Assembly: GCA_964501035.1 (NCBI GenBank) | Contig: CAZCRK010000003.1 | Span: 52,688-72,687, forward strand | Reading direction: 5' to 3' | DNA: 20,000 bases | Shown here: piece by piece, positions 1 through 8,968 of the stretch | How the letters are laid out: each line of letters opens with the position of its first letter | How positions within the stretch are numbered: position 1 is the first letter of the stretch | Program-made: the position numbers and the translations under genes | Notes under the pieces: generated by a model | Seen by the model: only the letters and a program-made list of their open reading frames with translations | The model's database searches: none | Told to the model about the DNA's origin: nothing

Positions 1-419
1 TAAATACAATCTTCAGGACAAGGAAATGTGCATAGGTTACAGTACATACATTCAGACATGTCAATAGAATGACGAACAACTAACATTTTCTTTTTTGTGT
101 CATTAGAGGTGATTCCGCAATCATAATCACTACCTTTAGGTGGCTTTACCGTTTCAATTTTGATACAATCAACTGGACATGCTCTCTCGCATTTCAAACA
201 ACCAATACAATCATCAATATCTACATGTAATTTTGTGCGAATTGAATTGTAATCAGAGAATTCAAACCCTATTTTACGTTCTGGAAGTGGCCATTTCTCA
301 TTTGGATATTGCAATGTAGCGACTAAATCTTTTTTATTATTAAAATGTTGCATAGTGAGCTTTAATCCAGTAGCAAAGGATTTTAAACTTGAAATAATAT
401 TGTTAAAATATTCAGTCAT
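1..419 (-). CDS. nuoI: NADH-quinone oxidoreductase subunit I (2x[4Fe-4S]); runs off the left edge of the window
   Basis: Not in ORF track; translated by hand from ATG 419 (ATGA overlap with nuoH stop): MTEYFNNIISSLKSFATGLKLTMQHF...TLQYPNEK...DDCIGCLKCERACPVDCI...DMSECMYCNLCTFPCPEDCI; two CxxCxxCxxxCP motifs, directly after nuoH. Confidence 0.93.
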   Translation of the reverse strand, partial: MTEYFNNIISSLKSFATGLKLTMQHFNNKKDLVATLQYPNEKWPLPERKIGFEFSDYNSIRTKLHVDIDDCIGCLKCERACPVDCIKIETVKPPKGSDYDCGITSNDTKKKMLVVRHSIDMSECMYCNLCTFPCPEDCI

Positions 420-1519
420 TGAATCACAAGCTCCCAAATACTAACAAAAAAGAGATTCGCTAATGCAAATGGGATGAGCACTTTCCAACATAAATACATT
501 AACTGATCAACACGTAAACGTGGAAATGTCCAACGAAACCACATCATGATAAAAATTAATATAATAACTTTAAACAACAACCAGAATACACCCCAAGCAA
601 CGCCATCAAATAGCAACCAAGATTCAGGAATACCAGATATTAATGTAAACGGTGATAACCACCCACCAAGAAACACAACAGCAGTTATAATGCTGACTAT
701 GAGCATGTTTGCATATTCACTTAAGAAAAATAAGGCCCAGCGAAATCCTGAGTATTCAGTCATCCACCCTGCAACTAATTCTGATTCAGATTCTGGAATA
801 TCAAATGGAGTTCTATTGGTCTCAGCTACAACAGAAATGAAATAAATAAAAAATGCAACAAATGCAAATGGACTATGCAAAATAAACCATCTATGACTTG
901 CTTGCCAAGCAACGATATCATCGATTTGCAAACTACCAACTACTAACACAGCTAATAATAACGTGATTCCGATTGGTATTTCATAACTAACAATTTGAGC
1001 AGCTGCACGCATTGCACCATATAATGACCATTTATTATTAGAACCCCAACCTGCTAAGATGATGCCAATGACACCAACAGAGCTCATAGCAAGGACATAA
1101 AATATTCCAATATTAAATTTTGATACTATCAAATTTTCTGAAAACGGAACGCCAATAAAGGTTAAAAATGCACCAATAAAAATGATAAATGGAGCTAACA
1201 CCATGATTTTTTTATCAGCATCTTTTGGGATAATATCTTCTTTTGCAAGTAGCTTAACAGCATCGGCAATCGTTTGGCCTATACCACCCCAAAACTTTTT
1301 ACCACCCTTAAAACCAAAAATTCCAACTTCCATCGGGCCGAGCCTATCCTGCATAAATGCAGAGACTTTTCTCTCAAAGTAAACAGCAATTAATGCATTT
1401 ACTGCCATAATAAGAAATACTAGAACTCCTGGAATTAAAAATACTGCAATAAACAACAATGAAAAATTCATATCTAATGAAGAGAGACTTTCAAGTAATG
1501 AATCAACAACTGGCATCAT
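416..1519 (-). CDS. nuoH: NADH-quinone oxidoreductase subunit H
   Basis: Multi-TM protein with ERKVSAFMQDRLGP, ADAVKLLAKED, RAAAQIVSYE, ETNRTPFDIPESESELVAG, RWTFPRLRVDQL motifs. Confidence 0.97.
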   Translation of the reverse strand: MMPVVDSLLESLSSLDMNFSLLFIAVFLIPGVLVFLIMAVNALIAVYFERKVSAFMQDRLGPMEVGIFGFKGGKKFWGGIGQTIADAVKLLAKEDIIPKDADKKIMVLAPFIIFIGAFLTFIGVPFSENLIVSKFNIGIFYVLAMSSVGVIGIILAGWGSNNKWSLYGAMRAAAQIVSYEIPIGITLLLAVLVVGSLQIDDIVAWQASHRWFILHSPFAFVAFFIYFISVVAETNRTPFDIPESESELVAGWMTEYSGFRWALFFLSEYANMLIVSIITAVVFLGGWLSPFTLISGIPESWLLFDGVAWGVFWLLFKVIILIFIMMWFRWTFPRLRVDQLMYLCWKVLIPFALANLFFVSIWELVIQ

Positions 1520-2978
1520 CTGTCAATTTCTCCTAGCACAATGTCTAAGCTACCTAAAATTGTTATTAAATCTGACATCATCCACCCTTCAGCTATTTCA
1601 CTGATTACAGATAAATTCGAAAATGCTGGAGATCGCATTTTTAAGCGTTGAGGAATATTTTTTCCATCACTGATTATGTAAAAACCCAAATCACCACGAG
1701 CTGTTTCATACCGAGAATAGACAGATCCAGCTTTTGGTCTTATTTTCTTTGGCTTGGCTTCGTGTATATCTCCTTCTGGTATTTGATCGAGTGCTTGAGA
1801 AATAATTTTAATACTTTCTTTCATCTCGAGAACACGAACATAATACCTGTCCCAAGAATCGCCCAATGTACCCATTTGGCCATCACCAAGAATCACATTA
1901 AAATCAAATTTATCATATATAGAATATGCTTCATTTTTACGCAAGTCCCAGTCAACTCCACTTGCACGTAAGTTCGGCCCAGTTACCCCATAATTGATAG
2001 CAACCTCAGCAGGCATCACTCCCACATCTGCAGTACGTTCAATAAATATTTTATTTGTGGTAAGTAAATCATTACATTCGTCAATTTGTGGTTCAAAATA
2101 AGTTAAAAATTCTCGTGTCTGTGTAATAAACTTTTCGGGGAGGTCATGTGAAACACATCCAGGCCAAATATAATTATATAATAATCGAGCACCGCAGAGT
2201 GTTTCAAATAAGTCTAAAATTCTTTCTCTGTCACGAACTGTCCATGTAAATGGAGTTATTGCACCTACGTCAAGACCAAATGTACCGATTGCAACAAGGT
2301 GACTCGCAATTCGTTGTAACTCAGCAACAATAACCCGTATATCACTCCCACATCTGCAGTACGTTCAATAAATATTTTATTTGTGGTAAGTAAATCATTA
2401 CATTCGTCAATTTGTGGTTCAAAATAAGTTAAAAATTCTCGTGTCTGTGTAATAAACTTTTCGGGGAGGTCATGTGAAACACATCCAGGCCAAATATAAT
2501 TATATAATAATCGAGCACCGCAGAGTGTTTCAAATAAGTCTAAAATTCTTTCTCTGTCACGAACTGTCCATGTAAATGGAGTTATTGCACCTACGTCAAG
2601 ACCAAATGTCCCGATTGCAACAAGGTGGCTCGCAATTCGTTGTAACTCAGCAACAATAACCCGAATATATTCTACACGTTCAGGAATTTCTATTCCCATC
2701 AATTTTTCAACAGCCATAGAATATGCATGGTTCATATGCATTGAAGCTAAATAATCACACCTATCTGTAAAAGGAACGATTTGTTCATAGGGTAGATTTT
2801 CACAATGTTTTTCAAAACTTCGATGCAAGTAACCAATGATGGGTTCAATTTTATTAACAATTTCACCATCTGTATGAATTTTAAGACGTAATACACCGTG
2901 TGTGCTAGGATGCTGAGGCCCCATGTTTAAAACCATTTCTTCAGCGTGAATTATACTTTTGTCCTGATTCTTATCCAT
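1516..2978 (-). pseudogene. nuoD: NADH-quinone oxidoreductase subunit D, frameshifted by an internal 326-bp tandem duplication (possibly an assembly artefact)
   Basis: N-part has [32 protein letters not shown]-part has GPNLRASG, ETARGDLG, RSPAFSNL, GSLDIVLGEIDR. Start ATG 2978 (TAATG overlap with nuoC stop). Removing one repeat copy gives 1137 bp = 378 aa intact NuoD. Confidence 0.93.
2015..2666. repeat. Direct tandem duplication, 2 x 326 bp (2015-2340, 2341-2666)
   Basis: Both copies start ATCACTCCCACATCTGCAGTACG; by-eye alignment finds only 3 mismatches (2284/2610, 2302/2628, 2338/2664). Confidence 0.97.
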
Positions 2979-3463
2979 TACTTCCAATACGTCTTATCTT
3001 TTACAATGGTGATTCCATTGTACTTTTCTGCAACTTGATAGTTTTTGCGCAGGGGATGACCTTCCCAGTCATCAGGTAATAAAATTCGTTTTAAATCTGG
3101 GTGATTAGAAAACTTAACACCCATTAAATCGTACGCTTCACGTTCATGCCAATCTGCAGTTCTCCAAATATTTGCTACAGATGGTATTTCGACATTATCA
3201 CTGACCTCAATCCGAACCTCACAATAATGTAATTTAGAATATGAATGAAAGTTGTAAGCAACGCCATAGGTCTGATTATCCAAAGTATCATAAGAACTTA
3301 TGCATAATAAGTTATCAAATGTTAGATCTGGATCGTTTTTTAATACTTCTGCAGTGTGCAACCAATGCTCAGCATTCACTTTTACAATTTGCGTATTTTC
3401 AAGAACTTCAATTTCAGTTTTGGTTCGAAGTTTGATTACTTCAATAATTTGAGAAAATTCCAT
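2978..3463 (-). CDS. nuoC: NADH-quinone oxidoreductase subunit C
   Basis: [38 protein letters not shown] signature; lies between nuoB and nuoD. Confidence 0.96.
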   Translation of the reverse strand: MEFSQIIEVIKLRTKTEIEVLENTQIVKVNAEHWLHTAEVLKNDPDLTFDNLLCISSYDTLDNQTYGVAYNFHSYSKLHYCEVRIEVSDNVEIPSVANIWRTADWHEREAYDLMGVKFSNHPDLKRILLPDDWEGHPLRKNYQVAEKYNGITIVKDKTYWK

Positions 3464-3961
3464 CTAAGCGTTTTTCTTTCGTAATGGAGTTTCTTTTTTT
3501 ATTTTTTCTTGCAATTCTAAAAGCCCATGCAATAAAGATTCTGGACGCGGCGGGCACCCAGGCACATACACATCTACTGGTATGATTTCATCAACCCCTT
3601 TTACTACATGATAGCCATGTTGCCAATAAGGTCCTCCACTATTTGCACAACTACCCATGGATATCACATACTTAGGGTCCGACATTTGCTCGTAAAGACG
3701 TACAACACGTTCAGCCATTTTTAAGGAAACCGTACCTGCCACAATCATAACATCTGCTTGTCTGGGAGTTGCTCGAGGCATTGCACCAAATCGTTCTAAA
3801 TCGTGTCTTGGAGCTGCTGCAGACATCATTTCAATCGCACAGCATGCTAAACCAAATTGGAAATACCAAGGCGAACTTGAACGAGCCCAATTGATAAGTG
3901 TATCAAATTTCTCAACAATTACATTATCTTGTTTAAACTGATTGGTAAGAGATAACTCCAT
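3464..3961 (-). CDS. nuoB: NADH-quinone oxidoreductase subunit B (cluster N2)
   Basis: [40 protein letters not shown] motifs. Confidence 0.97.
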   Translation of the reverse strand: MELSLTNQFKQDNVIVEKFDTLINWARSSSPWYFQFGLACCAIEMMSAAAPRHDLERFGAMPRATPRQADVMIVAGTVSLKMAERVVRLYEQMSDPKYVISMGSCANSGGPYWQHGYHVVKGVDEIIPVDVYVPGCPPRPESLLHGLLELQEKIKKETPLRKKNA

Positions 3962-4380
3962 TAACCCTCTTCTTTCTTGGATAAATCAGCATATCGGCCG
4001 TGTGCATATTTAACATTCATTTTCACCCAATCTAAATCACCCTTTACCCACACATATGCAAACCCCAGCACAAGTATAAGGACGAAAATTGCCATTTCAA
4101 CAAATGCAAGCCATCCAATTTCTTGAAAAACAACTGCCCATGGAAATAAAAATACCACTTCTACATCAAAGATAATAAAGATCAAAGCAATTATGTAGAA
4201 TCGGATATTGAATTTAACCCATGCAGATCCCTCGGGAACTTCCCCACATTCATATGAAGACAGTTTTTCACCACCTTTGTTGTTTTTTGGAGATATGAGA
4301 TATTGTAAGAATAATGGTACTATGACCATTACAAGGGCTAGAGCCGTAAAAATGATTATTGGAGCAAAGTCTCTATACAC
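3961..4380 (-). CDS. nuoA: NADH-quinone oxidoreductase subunit A
   Basis: [32 protein letters not shown] motifs; 3 TM segments; GTG start. Confidence 0.96.
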   Translation of the reverse strand: MYRDFAPIIIFTALALVMVIVPLFLQYLISPKNNKGGEKLSSYECGEVPEGSAWVKFNIRFYIIALIFIIFDVEVVFLFPWAVVFQEIGWLAFVEMAIFVLILVLGFAYVWVKGDLDWVKMNVKYAHGRYADLSKKEEG

Positions 4381-4405
4381 TAAATATACTAATCATAATC
4401 AGCCC

Positions 4406-4438
4406 TAAATTTACCTACTTCATTTTTTTCAGAGCAAA
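4406..4438 (-). promoter_or_regulatory. Putative nuo operon promoter, TTTG-N21-TAAATTTA
   Basis: One mismatch to the Bacteroidota -33/-7 consensus TTTG-N19-21-TAnnTTTG; 25 bp upstream of the nuoA start. Confidence 0.5.
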
Positions 4439-4487
4439 TGGTATTATTAAAATTTTAAATTATTTTTGCATTAGTTAACAATCATCC

Positions 4488-4520
4488 TTTGTTCCAAGTT
4501 TTTAATCAGTTTTAAATTTG
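4488..4520 (+). promoter_or_regulatory. Putative promoter, TTTG-N21-TAAATTTG
   Basis: Exact match to the -33/-7 consensus, 3 nt before ATG 4524. Confidence 0.55.
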
Positions 4521-4523
4521 AGC

Positions 4524-5426
4524 ATGAATACGTTTTTTAATTTTCTAATTTTAAAATTCATTACACTCATTCCAATTTCCATAGTTCGAAAATTTTCAGG
4601 AAGATATGTAGCTGGTGATAATGCTCAGACTGCAATTAACGTCGTGAAAACAATCAACCAAAAAGGGTTTTCTGCTACTATTGATATTTTAGGTGAACAT
4701 GTATCTACGTCTAAAAAAGCAACCCAAATCACAAATAATTATTTACAACTTTACTCTGATTTATCAGATAATAATTTGGATTGCAATATATCCGTAAAAC
4801 CAAGTCATATTGGGTTAGATATAAGTGAAAATGTATTTATTAAAAATGCGAACAGATTACTTGCTCAAGCCAAACTATATAATAATTTTTTACGTATTGA
4901 TATGGAAAGCAGTGAAGTAACTGATCAAACCTTACAATACATTACATCCAATTCTGATGATGCAAAAAATTTAGGTACTGTATTTCAAGCATATCTTCAT
5001 CGTACAATGAATGATATTCAAAACTTAACCTCCACCAATGTGAATTATAGGTTGTGCAAAGGAATTTATAAAGAATCAGAACACATTGCAATTCAAGACA
5101 GAAAAGCCATTAATGATAATTTTATTGCCATATTAAAACAGGGGTTTACGTTAGGACATTACATAGGAATTGCTACACACGATTTAGATTTGTTAAAAGA
5201 TGTGTATGCGTTAATTGATTCTGAGAATATCCCGAACAATCAATTTGAATTTCAAGTCCTATATGGTGTACCTATGAGCGGTTGGCTCGAAAAACATTTA
5301 GAAAACAACTATAAGGTTCGAGTTTATGTACCTTTTGGTCCAGAATGGTATGATTATTCCATTCGCCGATTGCAAGAGAATCCCAATATTGCCCAATATG
5401 TGTTAAGCAATTTGTTTAGAAAATAA
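4524..5426 (+). CDS. Monofunctional proline dehydrogenase (PutB/FadM-like)
   Basis: RYVAG, IDILGE, ISVKPSHIG, RIDMES, FQAYLHRT, RLCKGIYKE, IATHD, FEFQVLYG, RVYVPFGPEWYDYSIRRLQENP; about 300 aa, no P5CDH domain. ATG 4524 preferred over TTG 4518. Confidence 0.93.
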   Translation: MNTFFNFLILKFITLIPISIVRKFSGRYVAGDNAQTAINVVKTINQKGFSATIDILGEHVSTSKKATQITNNYLQLYSDLSDNNLDCNISVKPSHIGLDISENVFIKNANRLLAQAKLYNNFLRIDMESSEVTDQTLQYITSNSDDAKNLGTVFQAYLHRTMNDIQNLTSTNVNYRLCKGIYKESEHIAIQDRKAINDNFIAILKQGFTLGHYIGIATHDLDLLKDVYALIDSENIPNNQFEFQVLYGVPMSGWLEKHLENNYKVRVYVPFGPEWYDYSIRRLQENPNIAQYVLSNLFRK

Positions 5427-5442
5427 TAAATGAATTCAACGT

Positions 5443-5763
5443 ATGACAAATAATTGGAATATTCCTAGTTGGCTTGAAAAAGAAATAAGAGATAGAGATA
5501 AAAGATGCGTTTATTGTAGAGCATATTTCACATCTACCAAAGTTAAAAAAACTGCTACCAGTTGGGAGCATATAATTAATGATGCAAGCATTATTTCTAG
5601 AAAAAATATTGCACTTTGTTGTTGTAGTTGTAACGCAAACAAAGGTCAAAAATTACTCCATGTGTTGTTCGTGAAGAATTTCATGGAAAGGGTGTTGGAA
5701 AAAAGATTTTGGAGTTTTGTCAATCATTTAGCATTAAAAAACAAAATAAAAGTATTCGCTTAG
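5443..5763 (+). pseudogene. Small HNH endonuclease, probably 3'-truncated at about 5658; remaining tail is an off-frame reading of the GNAT remnant
   Basis: IRDRDKRCVYC...WEHII...NIALCCCSCNANKG: Zn-binding CxxC pairs plus H-N-N spacing. Confidence 0.75.
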
Positions 5764-5894
5764 ATTGTTATTCTAAAAATAAATTGCTTTGCAAATTCTA
5801 TGAAAAACAGAACTTTGTCCTCAAAGGAAAAGTGAAACAACATACTAATTATTGGGGGTGCTTGTACGAGCTGAATATTTCTAGCCTGTTTTGA
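5661..5894 (+). pseudogene. C-terminal half of a GNAT N-acetyltransferase, no start codon ahead of motif A
   Basis: Extending ORF 5709..5894 upstream gives CVVREEFHGKGVGKKILEFC (acetyl-CoA motif A) followed by IRLDCYSKNKLLCKFYEKQNF (motif B); in-frame TAA at 5631. Confidence 0.8.
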
Positions 5895-5924
5895 ATACCA
5901 AAACAACACGGTTTGAAATCTAAA

Positions 5925-6503
5925 TTATTCTTTATAATCTTTCATGACATGTTGTACATTTTTTCGAAAACCTTCTGCATCATCATAGTCTAAAAACTTA
6001 TAATAACGGGAGTGTTGGTCTTTTACACCTGCATTATGTTTTATTGGACACCAATACTGTTCGGTACGTGCTATAATTTCTTTAACATACGAAGCAACTG
6101 CATTTCCATAACCACAATATATACAGTTAAACTTTTCTAAAGTATTTAAATAGGACAAATGATGCCTGTCAATTATGAAATAATCTTTTCGTTTTACAAT
6201 AGGTATTTGATATACTCTAAAACAAATATGTTGGTATGCAAATATGGTAGCATCAATAAGGACAATCGGCACAATCATTGCATAAATAATTGGAGCAATG
6301 ATTACATGTTTTACATTCGCATGTAAAATATATTTGAAGAGATTTACCTTATATTCTTTTTGGAGAGTAAAAAGTTTACTAATACTCTCTCGTTGTTCTA
6401 AAAAATATTGTTTTGTGAGGGCACGTTTTTCACGAAATTCTTTTTCGAGTTCAATTTCTAATTTTCGGATTCGTTCTAACGTTTGTTCAAATTTGTTTTT
6501 CAT
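5925..6503 (-). CDS. Hypothetical membrane-anchored protein with Cys/His motifs
   Basis: 192 aa, GAGG SD before ATG; charged helical N-terminus, one hydrophobic stretch, then HICF, DRHHL, NCIYCGY, QYWCPIKH. Confidence 0.8.
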   Translation of the reverse strand: MKNKFEQTLERIRKLEIELEKEFREKRALTKQYFLEQRESISKLFTLQKEYKVNLFKYILHANVKHVIIAPIIYAMIVPIVLIDATIFAYQHICFRVYQIPIVKRKDYFIIDRHHLSYLNTLEKFNCIYCGYGNAVASYVKEIIARTEQYWCPIKHNAGVKDQHSRYYKFLDYDDAEGFRKNVQHVMKDYKE

Positions 6504-6519
6504 ATAACCTCATTTAAGC

Positions 6520-6556
6520 AAAAAATAGAGAAAGGCAGAATAAATCTACCTTTCTC
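6520..6556 (-). terminator. Intrinsic terminator of the beta-oxidation operon
   Basis: Minus strand GAGAAAGGTAGA-TTTAT-TCTGCCTTTCTC then TATTTTTT; 12-bp stem with one G-U pair, 48 bp after the fadN stop. Confidence 0.75.
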
Positions 6557-6604
6557 ACGGAGAAAAACAATGATGTAAAATCATTGTCTTCTTGGGCAAT
6601 ATTA

Positions 6605-8956
6605 TTAATTTCTGAGTGGTTTACCTTTCTTTAACATATATGCAATGCGTGCTTGAGATTTTGGTTCTCCACATAGACTAACGAACACCTCTCGTTCTAT
6701 ATCAAGCAAGTATTGCTCGTCTACTGGAGAAAATGGTCCACCTTTATCACCGCCAGTTAGCACGTATGCTAATTTCTTCCCGATAAACGCATCATGTTCA
6801 GATATTTTCTTGGCTTTTTCGAACCCTTTGATACTTCCCTCAAGCACTAAACGACCACTCACACCAGGTAACTTAAAAGTTTCTAATTCGGGTGTTTCAT
6901 ACGTTTCAGCCATTTCAAGCACTGCATTTTTGGCTTCAAACAATAAATGATCTCGATTTACAACAATCACATCTTCTTTTGTTAGATATGAATAAGCTTG
7001 GGCTTGTTTTGCAGATGTTGCTACCTTGGCAAACCCAATTGTTTCGAATGCCTTTTGAACCACAGGAAATGCACCTGGCATAGCAGTTTTGATTTTCTTG
7101 GATAAGTTGGATAACATTCGCAGATTTCCACCTGCACCAGGAATTAGACCGACCCCGACTTCAACCAAACCAATATAAGATTCTGCTGCAGCCACAATTT
7201 TATCACATGCACCTGCTATTTCAAAGCCACCACCTAATACAAGTCCAAAAGGAGCTGCCACTACTGGAAAGGGAGCAAATCGTACTTCTTGCATTAAATC
7301 TTGGAATCCTCCTGATATTTTTTCGATAGCATCAAAATCTTTACGTTCTGCAGCACCAAGTACTAAGTTCAAATTTGCACCTGCACAGAAATTGGCACCA
7401 TCTCCAGAAATAACCAAGCCTTTGAAATTGTTTTCCTTCACATAATCTAACCCATACTTAATAGTTTCCATAATGGAACCATCAATTGGGTTTAGCTCTG
7501 CCTTAAGTACAGAATGTAAATCGATACCTGCAACATTGTCTCCCAAATCAACAACAGAAGCTGACCATAATTTTTTTATGGTGCTATGCGAATGTTTGGC
7601 AATATTCATATTGTAGGTTTTTGCATTTTGACTAACTTTGACGTACCCTTTTGACGCAATATCATAGAAATGAAGCGCACCATCTTTGTATGTGTAAAAC
7701 GAATCAACACCTGCAGTCAACATTTCAGTAATCCAATTTGGTATTTTCCTACTGGATGCTTTCATTCTATCAACAGTTTCAGAAACACCAAGAGAATCCC
7801 AAACTTCAAATGGTCCCATTTCCCAAGCAAATCCCCACCGCATAGCTCGATCAATGTTTACAATGTCATCTGCTATTTCACCTACTCGTTCTGCAGAATA
7901 CAATAAAGATTGTGAAATTACTTCCCACGTGAACTCACCAGCTACATCATTTGTGTTTAATAGTGCTTTAAGTCTATCTTTTGGATACGTATTTTCACGA
8001 GCAAAACGGATACCCTTATACCGCTTTTTATTCATCGGGGTATATTCAAGTGTTTGTAAGTCTAACGAATGAATCACACCTTTATCAATCTTTTTATAAA
8101 ACCCTTGTTTGGTTTTTTGTCCTAGCCACTTATTATCGAGCATTGTTTGCAAATAATCAGGAATTTTAAAAATATCACGATTGGAATCTTCTAAACATTT
8201 CTCGTAAGCAGTCCCTGCAACAAATGAAAGTGTATCTAGTCCAACTACATCAGCAGTTCTAAACGTTGCACTTTTGGGTCGACCAATGAGAGTACCTGTT
8301 AATGCATCTACATCCTCAACGGATAATTTTCGTTTATATGCCTCTTGAAGCGTAACCATCATTCCAAACACACCAATTCTATTCGCAATAAAATTTGGAG
8401 TATCCTTTGCATATACCACACCTTTCCCCAAAACTTCCTCTAAAAAGTTTGCAACTGGTGGAATGAGTTCTGTATTTGTTTTCTCAGAAGAAATAATTTC
8501 TACCAACTTCATATATCGAGGTGGATTGAAAAAATGCGTGATAAAGAAACGGTTTGCAAAATCATCTGGAAGCCCTTGAGATAATTCTGAAAGTGCAATA
8601 CCAGAGGTATTCGAGGTTATTATTGCATTATCTTTTAAATGTGGAGCAATTTTTTGGTATAAATCTTGCTTCCAATCTAATCGTTCTGCAATAACTTCAA
8701 TTACCCAATCACATTCATTAATTTTTTCTAGATGGTCATCATAATTACAGGGTGTAATCAATTCCACTGACTTGGGATTGTAATATGCACTTGGTTTTAT
8801 CTTAGTACTTGAACTTACACCTTTTTCAGCAATTTCTTGTGAAATATCAAATGCATATACAGGAATTTTCACGTTTGAAAAATGGGCAGCAATTTGTGCC
8901 CCCATGACTCCTGTACCTAATACGGCAACTCTATTTATTTGAAGTGAATTTCCCAT
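6605..8956 (-). CDS. fadN: 3-hydroxyacyl-CoA dehydrogenase / enoyl-CoA hydratase fusion (FadN type, dehydrogenase domain first)
   Basis: VLGTGVMG, SNTSG, HFFNPPRYMKLVE, NFIANRIG; C-terminal crotonase motifs NFCAGANL, LGGGFE, GLVEVGVGLIPGAGG; ends GKPLRN. Confidence 0.92.
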   Translation of the reverse strand: MGNSLQINRVAVLGTGVMGAQIAAHFSNVKIPVYAFDISQEIAEKGVSSSTKIKPSAYYNPKSVELITPCNYDDHLEKINECDWVIEVIAERLDWKQDLYQKIAPHLKDNAIITSNTSGIALSELSQGLPDDFANRFFITHFFNPPRYMKLVEIISSEKTNTELIPPVANFLEEVLGKGVVYAKDTPNFIANRIGVFGMMVTLQEAYKRKLSVEDVDALTGTLIGRPKSATFRTADVVGLDTLSFVAGTAYEKCLEDSNRDIFKIPDYLQTMLDNKWLGQKTKQGFYKKIDKGVIHSLDLQTLEYTPMNKKRYKGIRFARENTYPKDRLKALLNTNDVAGEFTWEVISQSLLYSAERVGEIADDIVNIDRAMRWGFAWEMGPFEVWDSLGVSETVDRMKASSRKIPNWITEMLTAGVDSFYTYKDGALHFYDIASKGYVKVSQNAKTYNMNIAKHSHSTIKKLWSASVVDLGDNVAGIDLHSVLKAELNPIDGSIMETIKYGLDYVKENNFKGLVISGDGANFCAGANLNLVLGAAERKDFDAIEKISGGFQDLMQEVRFAPFPVVAAPFGLVLGGGFEIAGACDKIVAAAESYIGLVEVGVGLIPGAGGNLRMLSNLSKKIKTAMPGAFPVVQKAFETIGFAKVATSAKQAQAYSYLTKEDVIVVNRDHLLFEAKNAVLEMAETYETPELETFKLPGVSGRLVLEGSIKGFEKAKKISEHDAFIGKKLAYVLTGGDKGGPFSPVDEQYLLDIEREVFVSLCGEPKSQARIAYMLKKGKPLRN

Positions 8957-8968
8957 GATTTCCTCGAT

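Noticed and set aside
2015..2666. CRISPR array, IS element or DGR template/variable repeat pair
   Set aside because: No spacers, transposase, terminal repeats or reverse transcriptase; the mismatches are synonymous and not consistently adenine-specific
1516..2987. Two separate genes (240 aa and 169 aa) or a naturally split NuoD
   Set aside because: Fully explained by the 326-bp duplication; the tail [12 protein letters not shown]... is an off-frame reading of the repeat
1516..3961. Group 4 [NiFe]-hydrogenase instead of complex I
   Set aside because: Large subunit lacks both CxxC Ni-binding motifs and ends DIVLGEIDR; nuoA is present
4373..4396. 7-codon upstream ORF (MISIFSV) overlapping the nuoA GTG on the minus strand
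   Set aside because: Too short to distinguish from chance; no supporting signal
5443..5763. HNH as effector of a CRISPR, retron, IscB-like or restriction system
   Set aside because: No array, ncRNA, RT, RuvC or DNA methylase nearby; the gene looks like a truncated orphan
5661..5894. GNAT remnant as the decarboxylase partner of the AprA-like methyltransferase
   Set aside because: More than 10 kb away, truncated, and has an ordinary acetyl-CoA-binding motif
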